A stretch of 64,000 nt of DNA from Trichoplax sp. H2 (taxonomy: Eukaryota): contig NOWV01000001.1 in assembly GCA_003344405.1 (NCBI GenBank), forward strand, positions 1,302,001 through 1,366,000, read 5' to 3'. Position numbers and translations under genes: made by a program. Position 1 is the first letter of the stretch. Every line of letters starts with the position of its first letter. Of this stretch, positions 49,962-64,000 are shown in pieces. The notes under the pieces are model-generated. The model was not told where the DNA came from, ran no database searches, and saw only the letters and a list, made by a program, of their open reading frames with translations.

Positions 49962-52900
49962 ATACGATAACGTTAATATAGTAATATTGTCTTTATCTCA
50001 TTATAAAGTGAGCATAAGTAAACATGACTAAAATGATTGTCTTAGCAAGTACCGATATTCGTATAACATGTCTTCACGAAAATTGATTTACTAGCCTTTA
50101 AGTATCAATGTTAAGTGATAGATATAAGGTAAAATTGAATGTTTTTGCCAAACAATAAAAAGATGATTTGATTTCTACTCTATGGAAAAATTGGATTCTT
50201 GAAATATGTAACTTAGTGCTCACTTCAGTAAATACGTTGACTTACTCTTATAAAGCTTTTTCTCACTTACTCGTACATAATGTCTACGATATGGACACTT
50301 GTTAATTTTAAAAGTTAGTCAGATATAATTTCCGGGTACTGCATATCAGTATTAGATCAAGTTTCAACCTCGTAGAATGTATAAGATAAGCGGTATTTCT
50401 ATTGGTGTCTCTAGCCAGTTTCTACTGCGCGATAAACCCTAAAATCGAAGTTGAATGAAGTGTAAAATTTTATGAAGTTCCGAAATGTAAATATCATCTG
50501 TTATTAATTCGTCAATTTAGCTTGTAGTGAGCCTACAGGCGTACAAGTATTATTCATTCATCGCTGTAATGTAAATCGATAAAGTATGAATTACTTACCA
50601 TTCAGTGCGGCAGGGGTGATAATGCTAAGAATTCTACATCTTACCCTAAACTGTTAAACGAATGTCCCACTAAGAAGTAGCGAGAAAATACTCATAATGC
50701 CGTTCTAGAGGCTACCAGTAAAGTATGATGAATTTTAGTTTCCCTTTAAACTTTACGTGCTATGAAACTATCAGGAAAATAGATTAATATGATTATCGAT
50801 CTAGAAAATTTTAATTTCACTTTAGCATTGAAAGATGTAGTCTTTGTCCAGAAGTGTACTAGGATGCATGTTACAATGAATTATTACGAGTGCTTACAGT
50901 TAATGTATTTTAGATATCATCAACTGTAATTAGTGATATTTGAGGAAGGGATCAAACGTATAAGTATAATTATCAAGAATCCTAACAAATCTCATGGAGC
51001 CGATCAAAAAGATCTTATAGTAAATTTTTTATTACGTAATTATTAAGATTTAGATGCTATAAACCTATGCAATTGGATAAATCAACAATAATTCGATTAC
51101 ATATTAGCTGTAACCCTAAATGAAAAATTTCTATGTAATAACTCCTAACCGTAGCGATAATAGAGTAGAATTTATACGTATAATTTCTAAGGTATTTGCA
51201 AATATCATCTCTGAAAAGATACGGTAAATGCATAATCGTATATTACTTAAAAATATCAATTAAAGAACTTGCTCCCGTATAAACTCGGATGGAATCATTC
51301 GTTTGATATCCATGAGTCAAAGAAAACTATTTATTTGTAGAGTAACTAAAATAACAAATTGCTGTAATAAAATATGCCAAAGGTATCTGAAACGTGAGAA
51401 TATGATAAGCTAAGTTGCAGTTTGTTTACTAATTAATTAAAGTATGATTTTTCTAAATTTAGAAAACATAAGCAAGAACTCATACGATGTCACTTTCAGC
51501 CGAAAAATTTAAATTGCTGTTAAATTATTTGATCGGTTAGGTATAATAAATTGAAATATTTTAAAAATCCTTCATCTTCAACTAGGAAGTTTGTGTCAAT
51601 ATTCAATATTTAGTTACTTACCGTAAATAACTATAACTATAATATAAACTATAAAGCGTTGAGAAAATTTTAAGAAAAATTACCTGTAGATTGTTGTAAA
51701 TATCTATATCCTAAATGGTAACACGAGCTACACTTGTTGAATGCGGTAATGGGAAAGGATTTATGTCTCACTTTTCTCTTCCCTGACACTAAAAGTTAAT
51801 ATAAATTGTTTATGAAAAATATGATATCCTTTCCGAACTGATTCATTTCCAAAGCTGAAACTTTTAAAGCATAAAAAATGCGGGAACTCCATACGATAGT
51901 AGATATATTGCTGATAAGTATTTATTGGCAGCAATTTTCTATTTTTGAAGCCGATATCCTTGTATATATAAAAGTTATAGTAGCAGCAAGCTAAAGTATC
52001 CTGTAAAAATGAAGGATCTAATTAAATATTATATGCAAGGAAATATTAAGTGATTTATGTGTATCAATAAAGTCCATGTGTATATTTCATATTATTCAAT
52101 TCTAATTGTAACAAGTGGCTACAGCCAATTCTATAGGTAAAACAATGATCGATGGAACGCGTTAAAAAGATGGAGAAACCCACAATTCTACAAGACGTCA
52201 AAGTTCAATAAGTTGTTCATTTTACCAATTAAGAACTTGAACGTAATGCTACAACGTCTATTTTGAAATAAATTTACTAATATAGTGTTTACTAAATCTT
52301 ACTGTAGTACTCAATTTCGAACACAGCTTTTAATATATTATTAATGATGTTAGATCTCACAATAATGCTTTTTCATGTCAATTCTAAAACATTACGAGCA
52401 ATGTGAACTCTAAACTCAGGGTCTATTTTCCCACTGAGTAGAGTAGCTTATAAACAATTTCCTGCAGTATTACAATAAATGCAGCATTTTTTCCTTTCAA
52501 TCGATATTATCTACAATTTTTTATACCAGTATTATGCATAATTGTTTATCCTAAAGGAAAATCATCATTTAGTGTAGATATTTATTGATATAAAATTTCA
52601 ATGAAATAGCATTCATAAACTACGTGTGTTTATGCCTTCAGTAATAGCCAGTCTACCTGAATATTTACGTCATCAGCCAAGCATGAAACCTTTTCCTAAT
52701 GACAATAAAATCGTTCTACCAGACAGCTATTGTACAACTGAATAAATAGAAAAATTTTCTATATCATGCGTAATTTAAGCTACATTATTTGTTCTAGCGT
52801 TACTATATTCTATTATTTATCACTTCTAGAAAGCTATGCATGAATTAAATCATTCAATCTGCAGTATTGACATTACCCCAGCACCAACTGCAAAAATTAA

Positions 52901-55900
52901 CAAATAAAAATAGGAAAGATTTGTTTATTTTAGAGGACCTTTAAATGTCACAGCTACGATTTGCTTATGCTGATTTATTGTTACGTGCATTTATTTTTTA
53001 AATTACTCCTATTATGTCCAAATGTCTGTGTTTGCCCATCATCAAGACTAAACTTTATTCTTTATGAACTGATATGGCTGTCAATCATATTAGCCATCTT
53101 TATAATTTAACCATTATAATTTAACGGTGTTAGCAAGAACGATTTACTTATAGATGTCTATACATTTTACTGTTATTTTAAGGAAATGATAACGTTACCT
53201 AATCAAATGGATTTATGATTAGATATTTCTTCTATAGAAGTCACAATAAATAAAACTATAAGTAACGTTTGTTCGTATGTCATTCTATCACGGATTAGGA
53301 AATGTTGTATTTAATTGTCACTTCAGCCCGTTTGCAGCTGTAATTATAACTATAATGCTGCACGATAATCAATAGCCTCTATTTTAGCTATTAAGCGTAT
53401 ATCGTGGAATAGATAACCGACTCCTTTTGTAAAAGTTCACTCTTAGCAGTTGTGAATTATATATGATTATCATAGTTTGGTCTCTATAATATTAGATCTT
53501 AGATATAAAACTGTTATCTTGTTGATATTGCGAATGAGTTTGGTTCTTTATGTAGTTAACAATATGTTGACCTGATCCCAATAATATATTGATCCTGGGA
53601 TGGAAAATGATACGTCATTGCGAGGGCTGCAAGTTTTAGCCCTTTACATCCCATTACAATAAAATCATCTGATTTATCTAAGCCTCTTCTTTACAGTAAA
53701 AGCAACTGTTTAATTTATTATTATCTATTTGCAGTATTATATCATATATTAGCATTATAACCTACAGATAATTCAAGTCTTACCATCACCTATGGTAAAG
53801 TATGTCCATGTAATGATTAAGAACAGATATCTCTTTTATAGAGATACCTCAATTAATGTTAATAATAAAAGCTTTCCACTCTTAATTTCTACTTTTAAAA
53901 TATTATGAAATATAGAAAATATTAATTATAACAATGTTTTCGTTGTATCGATTCCTTTCAATATTAGTCCATAGTCATATGCAGCTGGTTCTGAAATTAT
54001 GGCACAAGCTATAAATACCGTAATTTTCTTTTATTACCTACTAAGTAGCAGATACTAATTTTATTGATTGTTTAGAAGATAAGATTTTATCGATACTTAG
54101 TTTAAGTAGTGCCTTTTTCTATGCTAAAATTAGAACGCCCTAAATGTAATTAATTGATTACACAAATTCATTCACCCTAGTGCTCTATCTCATAATACAT
54201 ACCTTATAATTATACACGCACCATACAGGCATTTTTAATGTTAGGATAATAAGTATGATCAAGACATTTGCATATTTAAGACTAATAACGATATCATACA
54301 ACAAGGAGATTGTTTTATTAGCATGCAAGATTAATTAGCAGTGGTGATGTATGATAATTTCAGAGTAATTTATTATTCTAGTTACGATCAACATTAGTCG
54401 TTCCATGCAAATTTATGAGGTTAAGAATGAATTCAGGATATTACCGCGATATATAAATTTATGAGTCATTTTTAACCTTATGTAGCAACAAATCATTCCT
54501 CTGTTATTTTCATCCATTTTATCATTTTATTTGTAGCCTGTTTGATTTATTTATTTCCATTCAATATTTGTTAAATCCTTTTTATCAGTATAGTAAAATT
54601 AGAATTTAAGGAGTAATCGCTGGTGTAGATGATAATAAAGTATTGCGGTTGTTGTTATCATTGATGTTATTAGTTTATCTATCATCTATTTGATGTATTA
54701 ATCTTTTTAAAACATTTTTTAAATCTTTTCTATCTTCATCATCACTATAATAAATTGAACTTTAAGGTTACATTCGTCGTAGGTATATTTGATAGTAAAA
54801 ATATTTGGATTGTTGTCATCCATTTATCAACATGTCTATGACCTGTTTGACTTATCCAATTCCTCTTAATATTCCTTCATCATCACAATAATTGTTGATT
54901 GGATCATTTAAAATAGAGTAGAATAGATTTCGTCACATTTTCCAGTAAACTGACATCGCCCACACTTCCATTTATTCACGTGGATTCCATTTTACTCGTT
55001 ATTAGTGTGTTCCTGTTTAAATATAGAATGGCGAGAGAGGAAAACAACTAATGCAATCAATTTATTGGCGTAGCAATCCTTATACGATGATGGTTATTTT
55101 TTTCGACATAGAACTGCTTTGATAGACTAACACTATGATCATTAGTCATCAGCGTTAGAGGGATAATATTGCTATGGTTCGTGCTTTTCTCAATCTTATA
55201 CTGGGTATTTAAAGGGAATACAAAGGGTTATCATGAATTTATTTACATCGTAATGTTGACATCCTTTTTATCTAGTCAACTTTTAAATATTACATGAGTT
55301 TGGATCATTTTTTTCCCTTTGCTCGTTAGAGTAATGACTAAAAAAGCAAATATTGAACGTCTGCTGTCTTATCAAAAGTATTCATGAAATGCAAAGATTA
55401 TAATTCATCTCGCCCACGACTCTTTATCCTGCCCATATGTTATATAATGGAAGAAAAAACCCATTTAACAAATGCTTTATCCCTTTTATGCAGATTATTG
55501 ACGGTGTATAGAATAAAATGTGCAATATTTTGGATAGATAACCGAACATCAACATTTAAAGGTGATTTCTGTTGTGATATGAGTGCTATGCTGGATAATT
55601 TCAGCTGTGATATTATAATAGTATTAAAGATAACTTTTAAGTTTTTAAGCCATGGCACGCTAATCTATGCTACAACCATGAAGAATTTTATCTATAGGAA
55701 TAAATATAATTAGGTTTAAATTAGTTTTATAATTAAGAAAGGGTAAGAAATATGAATTGAATGTTTGATAGCAGGCAGTGCAATTACGAAGAAGAATAGT
55801 AACAGATAGTCCTTGGAGGTGTTATTTACAGTTGTTTAACTTTTAAGATGAATGTTGATAGGTATTTTACATATTACTTATGTGAGGTTGTTACAACAAT

Positions 55901-57029
55901 TAACTTTAAAGACTTTGTATGTTATAGCTTTACAACACCTGAATTACAATAATTTTGGGAAAGATTACTTTGATCTCAATCGTAGTTTACATAAAAGTTG
56001 GGTGGTTAATCCAATGAAGGAGGGTAAGGAATAGCATTCTTCATCCTTAAAGTGTCAGCGAAAGCGTCGTCAGTGGTTTAAAGCAATCTAGAATTAATGC
56101 CTGGATAAAATGAATAATGTCAAGTTAAATTTTCCATATCAGCGTCTATCTATAGCCGCTCATGGATAATTACGTTATCGAGTATTAGAGATAGATTTAT
56201 TATATTGATATAACTAAACGTATATACGTGATTAATTTTGATTCTACTTCCATGTGAGAGAGTTGACTAAGTTTCTGTACTGATCAAGGATTAACATACA
56301 ATATTATGCATGAATGAGAGTGAAAAGGGGGAGGAGAGCCTGGAGAGGTGAAATTAAGAATCATGTTTCTTCTTCAATTCATCGATAATATGATTAGAAC
56401 TAATATATTTATTTTATAGTCGGTAGACCTTTATATTAGGTTCTAATACCATTAATTTTTTCTCTATCTGGATAAAATGATTCCTAGCATACTTTATCAT
56501 TTACAGGATAATTGAGAGGAACTTGAAGAGATCTAGAGGACCGCAAGATAACAAAATAATGGTGTGATTTAGCTATGATCTACTTAAGACTAAAAGTATG
56601 CCGTAATAAAATTTTATCCATTCTAGCAAAGGTCGATAATTATAATTATCAACGACGTAAGATCGAATTTATGCTATGGAATTACTTGGTTGAAATCATC
56701 ATACGCAATGAGAGACAGTATTAACCTTAATGCCAAGGAAATAGCTGAATAAAGATATAGTGTTTTGCTTTACGGTATTAAGCAGGTAGTAGTACTGTAC
56801 TTTAATATTTGCTACTGCAACCCATAACATCATCCTCCATGATAGAGGTAAATTTCATAGATGATTGAGATTGCCTAGTCGTAAGAGTAGCATTTTGAGC
56901 TACTTAGAAATCTAGTTAACTCTTTGGTGAGTAAAAGATTACGAAGCTGGTCTAAGTTTGCTTCCACAAAGGTAGTAATGAAGGCAATTTGTCGATCCAT
57001 AAATTGGATAGTGACAGGATAGGAAATAT

Positions 57030-57310
57030 AGTTTACGAATTATCTTAAATGAGACATGGATGAACCATTTGGAAATAGATTAATTCTATGATAGGAGAAT
57101 ATTGACATAAAATAATTTAAGCACTGCGGCCTGGATAGAATCTTAATTCTTAGAATGAGCAGTCTCGATAGTAAATAGTATCAATCGTCTCAAGCCAGAC
57201 AGAGTTGAGCTATTGGGAAAATGAACTGATTCTATGATAGGAGAATATTTAGATAGATAATTAAACTACCTGCAGCCCAGATCGAATTTAAATTCTTTAA
57301 ACTAACAGTT
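57030..57310. repeat. Two diverged ~146-bp tandem copies
   Basis: ttctatgataggagaatatt at ~57084 and ~57230, with similar flanks. Confidence 0.65.
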
Positions 57311-57999
57311 TCACAAATATATATACACGTACATAATAGAAGGTTTCAATTAGGTTGATTAGGATTAGTTTATATTCGCATTTAGTACATCTCGTCCTGT
57401 ATAATTTTGCGAATACAGTTTAGATAATCAATTGTGCAGGAATATATGAAAATTTGAAAAATACGATGGGGATTGAATAGTACTAATATGTTCTTCGTAT
57501 ATTTTCTGAAATTGTAGTCTAGAGAGTCAAATCGCCAATTATCCAAGGGATATCTTACGATCGAAATTGATCATAATCGTCTTATGTACCTGGTACCGTA
57601 TACGGTCAGTTTCTAGATTTTGGAATTACACTCTAGAGAATCTATTAGGTAATGCTTCAAAACTACTTTCCGAAAGATAATTGCGACAACTTTGCGGTCA
57701 TTCGCTTGGAAATAGCTGTTGATAGGAATTAAAATCATCGCCTTCTACAAAAGTTCTCCTTAATTTTTGAAAAAGCGGTTGCTAGAGCTGATCAATTGAT
57801 TGTTGTATGGAGCAACAGGTGGCTTATATCAATTGCTCTTATGTAGTAGGCAGCATCTGTATTTGTGGATAAATACTAGGAAAATTGCTTACATCATCAA
57901 TCTTCTAATATATATGAAGGGAATTATCTTCATTTTGGGGGAGGGGAGTAATATTAGTAGTAATATTAGTCTAGATAGTGTCAGTATGCTCATTTTATA

Positions 58000-58720
58000 A
58001 GAAAATACAATCTTGATGACAGATCAATCCTGTGCATAACAGAAATAATTTCCATCCATCGTTTTATGTAATTCAGTATCTTAATCTTTGTAAGAAATCA
58101 CAGTCGTGATGATCGATCGTCCCTAGACACGCGAGTATTACTTCTATCCCTCATCTTATACGCCAAATGTTACTTTAGTTGCAGAAAATATCAAAATTAT
58201 ACATCATCATTTTACGTAGAATATTACTTTTATCATCTTATGCACAGGGTAGTGTCTGAATTTTTGAGAAAATATTAGCCTTTAAATCCCGTTATGCTCA
58301 ATTAATCGTCATACATGATACAACCTATTTGTATCACCTTGTGCATAGGATAGCATCTTAATTTAATCATCATTTCTGGCCTCTACTTATTTCTAGGAAT
58401 TAATTAGTGATTTAATCATCTTGCATAGAAAGTAGACTTTCATATTAAAGAAAATACCAGATTCTATGCCTGATTAATCATGCTGTGCATAGAGTTATAT
58501 CTCCATGAATTGAGAAAAATATCTATCTTTCTACTTGATTATATCTATTTGCCATAGAGTGGAGTACATGATACCAAAGAATATCTACAGCTGGCTCAAT
58601 CCTTTTTTTATAGAAAATAATAATCTCTTTACGGCTGAAGTAATCCACCATCATGCAAGGTGGTGCACCGCAGGATATTACTTGTCTAAATCAGCTGTGC
58701 ATAGAAGAGAATTTTAATTG
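58000..58720. repeat. Highly degenerate tandem repeat region
   Basis: Recurring aatc/atc..tgtgcatag..gaaaaata motifs at spacings of tens of bases to ~100 bp. Confidence 0.45.
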
Positions 58721-61700
58721 GAGGAATAGTTGACGATTGCAATGACTTTCAGCTCATTAATCTTTAATCGTCTTATATATTGATAGCAATTGAAATATTT
58801 TAGCCTCAAATGAGGGGGAGGCAATTTTTCAACTTCATCATAATCTTTCAGTTGTCTGGCCAAAATTGGATGCTTACTATGTTGGTATTTAATTGCTTTG
58901 TTTTATTAAATAAATACTTGATTAATTTAATATTTCCAACTAAAGTTAACATGTCAATCAAATTATAGAATATCCATTTGGTATTCATTTGCACAGTCAT
59001 CTAGTCTTTACTATGCAATATTAATGAGGCAAGGAGAGAAAAATAAATGAGTACTAGGTATTTAGCATCTTTTCCATGGTGCTAACTGTAGCCTCTTTTT
59101 GGCCAAGTTGTTAATGAATGGCTTAGTTTAGCAATCAACATGTTGTAGGACAGTATGAATGGCTGCATGCAGTTCTATTCCAGCTTTTCGTTCACTCTCT
59201 CTCTCTCTCTTGCCGTATTTGGCGATTACTTGTTGTTATTCTTTTGCTACAGTATGTTCTAATGCGTATTTTGATCCATAGGCTACGAGTCTGTAGCAAA
59301 ATAATAAATATAAGTTATGTCTACAATCTTTCAATATTGTGTACGCATGATTGGAATAAAATAGTTGAGGAATCGATGGTAAACAACTTCTTTTATGTAA
59401 TATGTAGATGGGCGATTACCAGATCGATTTACTCTGTTCATGCAAATATAGTCTATCGCCACTGGCGGACAGTAAGCAATGCAAGACGAAAATAGTTGAG
59501 AGATGATTGAATTGATTTGTAAGCTCATTATTGTGCAATCGATAATCAATTGAATTCTTCCCTTTTCTCTGTCTCTTTCTACATCTTGACTTGATTGTAC
59601 ATCGATTTCACCATTTCCCCACCCCTTTCTCTAAGTAGAAGAGAAAAAAAAATTGAAGCAAACAGTTAATTGATTATATAGCAACATAGTGTCAAGTGGT
59701 TGGAGAGGAAAAGATATTCTAGTAGAAAGGGAGGGAAAATTGACGATAAATGCTCATTCAGTAAAATTTAGCCTAAAACATGCCTGTTGATTCGATCATA
59801 GCGTGGATTGAAATGGGTCATACTAAGAATCAAGGCAGACAGCCAATAGATGGATTATGTATTCAAGAAAAGTCCATCATGGCTAAAATATCATTAGCGC
59901 AAATATTGGGTGGTGGCAAATGAAAATTGTCACTTTAATTACATAGGGAGGGGGCAAGAAGAAAAATTAATAATAGCCAACCATTCTCTCCTTGTCTGCT
60001 CCTTCTATTTAAGCTAGCCAATATGTTACAGTATATTGTCTACAAGGTTCTGGCCTTGTTCGAGCACTAATATGTAGCTTAATGCTACTCTTTCACGCCA
60101 TCAATATTATTTTAATGATGATTGATTATGCATTGCATTCTCGTGCACAGTCATGCTGTCGATGATGTGTACACAGTCGACATAGTTTATTGGATTCCTT
60201 GAGACTTTTGAAATACTGTGCCTATTCTATTGCAGGGATTATTATTCATTTTCAACTGTCATCATTGGTATGATTGATGAAAAAGAATAAAAGAGCCTAC
60301 AAATTCAAAGTATTGTTCAAAAGTCTATACATAGCAGCACATGTTAATTTAGGGTAAGTTCTTCCGTGGCTTGCATCCAATTTTAAATTACCTTGTCACT
60401 CTGGTCCAATTTCCATTTGCTTACTTCGCTTTAGTTTGGCTCAGTTTTTCATTTTTTTTCGCATTACCAAAAAGCCATTACTACAGCTAGAAATTGACGA
60501 TCAATTTAGGTAATCATGATTGTAATTAGTGCATAACCATTGCCATTTTGCATGTTTTAAGAGATCATTTCCTCCATGAAATGATCATTGTTTTGTCCTT
60601 TTTACGCCATCAGTAGTAGCGACCATTTTTCTACACAAGTTGTCTTATGTTGGATTGACGTATGCATAGCGAAATTTTTAATGCAGACATAATTTACAGT
60701 TTAAAAATTGAAAGATAGTGCAGGTGATAAAAAAAGTAGAGCTTAGTTCGTTATTTGCTGGCCGGTAGAGAATTTGAATTATTGTTCTATCCAGTTGTCA
60801 AATTCATCTTTCATCCTTGATCTGTTTCGTTTTTACTTTTTTATGTTGTTATTGCATTGCTTGATTGCTAAGCTGGACCAATGTTAATTTTGGATGGACT
60901 ATTTTTCTTGATTCTGTTTAGGTATTGCAACGATCATTGGCCATCTAATTGAAGTAGAATTCTATTAATCTTACCCATCCAATTGATAACAAGTTAAACA
61001 ATTTCAGGTAAGATAGGTCCATGAACTTTTTCAAGGGGTTTTTGGAAAATTAATCACTATACAAGATAGCATCGGTCATTTCCCATCGCTCCAATAATAA
61101 TAACAGAGTAATCTTCATTTTTGCATCATGACGCTATGCCATGAATAATACCTGGAAAGAGTGCATAAGTTGGTTTGACAGGGATCCCAAAAAATGGAAA
61201 ATGAATTACGCAATTTTCTTTTTTCCTTTCTATTTGCTTGGCCAATTAATTACAGATGGAAAGAGAAATTTTTTTTGATTTTTTTTTTTCATGCTGTTCA
61301 CTTCAAATCGATGGAAACTTATTATGGGAATTAGTCTGGGGTCCAATATATTGAACTCTTAAGCACACATTACGCTAATGTCGATGGAGAACTATTTTCT
61401 ACAGTAATGAATGACCTTTCAGTCAACTGTATTGGCTATTCGATTCAGGATTTGTCGTAATTACTTTGCTCTTTGCCTCTAATTTTAAAAATTATAATTA
61501 TTGATATCGGTATGATTAATCTCGTCGATTTAAAGTCGATGGGTGCTCTATTTTTTTAATTTTATTTTTCCTTATGGAAGGCTAATGGTACTCCTAGCAA
61601 TTAAGTACATTCTACACTATCTTGACTTTTTTCCACCTCATTTGCGTTACGATTAATCTTGTCCGTTTTGAAACCACGTAAGCCGGCAATTAGACTGTAG

Positions 61701-62014
61701 CCATTCTTCCTCCATATGTGGTAGTAGGATAATTACATCGATCAGGGAAATGCATTACCCCCATCTATAAAATCTAATTAATGATGGTGTCCACTTTGGG
61801 CGTTTTTGGAAATTTCGTCTAATTACTTTTCGGTTAAAAGATCAGAAGAATAGGTATCTGTATCAAAAAAGGATTTGTTATACTATTACCATAGTAGCCA
61901 ATTGCATGAAATAGTCTAGCTTTCCGTGTTGGCTATATAGGAAAATAGCATCGTATACTTAAGTGTAAAATACTTGTCATTCTACCATATATTGCATATG
62001 TCTCGTAGAATAGT

Positions 62015-62220
62015 ATACCACTTTATCTAGTAAGCTTTCATAATTTAAGCTAGGATAATTGCATTTTAGACCTATCCATAGATCATCTCCTAGGAATGGA
62101 GGGGGCTGAATGATAGCATACCACTTTATCTAGTAAGCTTTCACGATTTAAGCTAGGATAATTGCATTGAAGATCTATGCATAGATCATCTTCTAGGAAT
62201 GGAGGGGGCCGAATGATAGT
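62015..62220. repeat. Two near-identical 103-bp tandem copies
   Basis: ataccactttatctagtaagctttca...ctaggaatggaggggg..gaatgatag starting at 62015 and 62118. Confidence 0.9.
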
Positions 62221-62479
62221 ATGATGGAATGGTACCGTTAATTATTGTATCGCTATATATTAGACCTATCGATTTTAAACCCATGTCGTTGGTGAGTAAT
62301 CTTTTCCTGAGAGGGGGAGGGAGTAAATATCATAGGATTTCATCGTTAATTAGAGTTATAACTTCTATATAGTTTCTGTTCATCATATTCGGTAGTAATA
62401 TGGGATCACAATGCGTTATAAGATTATCCCGTTAAATATTTGTCAAATCGCCTACTTAACCGATCGGTGCAAATTTGCA

Positions 62480-62960
62480 GTAAGATAGCGATCCCTGTAG
62501 ATCACTTGATAGCTTTGTCACGGGATATAGGATAGCAATTCGTTGATAGTTTAGTAATAGGATAATAGCGACCATAGGATTGCACCGTTAAACATTGTGC
62601 AGTACGTATACTTGATGTCTTGATTCTTACAGGATAGAGATCTGATAAATTAGTCGATAATTTAGTAATAGGATAATAGCGATGCGTTAAACATTGTATA
62701 CTGGATCGATCGATTCTGATCTCCTATGGAATGGCGATTTGATAAATTAGTTGATAATTTAGCAATAGGATAATAGCACGTCGTAGGATTCTTCACTTCT
62801 AGCAATCGGATAAATTAGTTGATCATTTAGGATAATAGCAATAATAGGATTGCAATAATTGATAATTTAGTCATAAGATATTAGCACATGGTAGGATTGT
62901 GAGCTATCAAGCATTGTATACTGGATCGACCGATTCTTCATCGCTATGGGATCGCAATCT
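62480..62960. repeat. Degenerate tandem repeat
   Basis: gataaattagttgataatttagtaataggataatagc-like motif at ~62540, 62644, 62741 and 62809; cattgtatactggatcga occurs twice. Confidence 0.7.
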
Positions 62961-64000
62961 GGTACATCAGTAGGCAGTCTAGTTATTCGGTCATCTCACA
63001 TCAGAGGATTCTACTATTTAATTACCTAGCGTTAATGTATTTTAGATCGAGTGATCCTGGCGATCTCGTTAATAAGATGGTCTAATTGCTATGAGATGAT
63101 TCATAACACATCGCAAAGTTCTACTCTATCGTCTAAGATTGTATAACTGTTTGATCATAGGATTAATTGATCTCTCTTCTAGTAAGTGTTGCTAATTTGA
63201 GTTATAGCCAATTACACGATGGCTTTCTAGTCATTAGTAGCATTCCATCACAAAATTCTATCGTGAAGTATTGGCTTGCAAGGCAGGTAAACAACAAGCT
63301 GTTGGGATTGGTGTCTGCTGCTTAGCACATTGTGCATTTGCATGGGATGATTGGATTGTACGTTACTTTATTATGGTGGGAATATGGGTGAGATATTTAC
63401 AAGTATGATATTGTTGTCATAAATGTTGTTATCAATGAGCTATGCTTTGCTCGTTGACGGCTGATTGCATTATACTAAATGTTTAGGCGAGGAATAGGCC
63501 TAAATAAGGCCTTGAATCGCAGATAAGTTTGTAGTAATGGAGCAATTTAATGAGACAATTTTCTGTAAAGTACTGAATAGGCGGAGCTGTACCTCTATGC
63601 AAGGAATACAGTACATGAAGATGATCTGAATCGCTTTCATTTATTACCTATTTTTTTTACGCTGTATATTGATATGATAAATTTCACAGCAATCATTTAA
63701 ATCCTTGCTAGCATGATTGGAATATTGTTGTACAACATGGACCTCCAATTCGATGACCAGTACGCGTGCTATATTCATTTGAAGATACTGTAACGAATAG
63801 GTTATATCCCAAGTGATCACGAGTAGAAGAGATTGACGATCTATATCATATAGGCGTATAATTACAGTTTTTTAATCATTCTGCCTAGCAAATAGCTTTG
63901 AAAGATTCCTTGCGCAACTGATATGATACAGGTAGTCTAGAGGAAAGGGATAGTATTGATGCGCAAATGAGTGAAGAATGAGGTAGCTAAGTATGGTTGA

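Noticed and set aside
55384-59549. Several 60-109 aa ORFs in the gene-poor tract
   Set aside because: Composition is typical of chance ORFs in AT-rich DNA, with no domains or consistent splice structure.

Overview
This is AT-rich eukaryotic (animal) genomic DNA with compact, intron-rich genes and mostly 70-300 nt GT-AG introns. Composition and gene style suggest an early-branching metazoan such as a placozoan (Trichoplax-like); that assignment is inference only. I reconstructed ten protein-coding genes by hand: an ANKRD34-like ankyrin protein (+), a FoxE-class forkhead factor (-), SLC35E1-like transporter (-), fukutin (+), a VMAC-like coiled-coil protein (-), cytoplasmic PABP (+), an SLC25 mitochondrial carrier (-), MORN2 (+), VCPKMT/METTL21D (-) and CAP (+). 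The last eight form four consecutive head-to-head pairs. About 14 kb at the right end has no recognisable gene. The strongest new-looking signal is a 5-nt microexon that the SLC35E1 reading frame requires. Other notable signals are a 137-bp tandem array interleaved with a Helitron-like 3' terminus, palindromic (TACTG/CAGTA)n tracts at divergent promoters, and decayed copies of the ankyrin gene's C-terminus in its own 3' flank. No CRISPR, rRNA, tRNA or prokaryotic system is supported.
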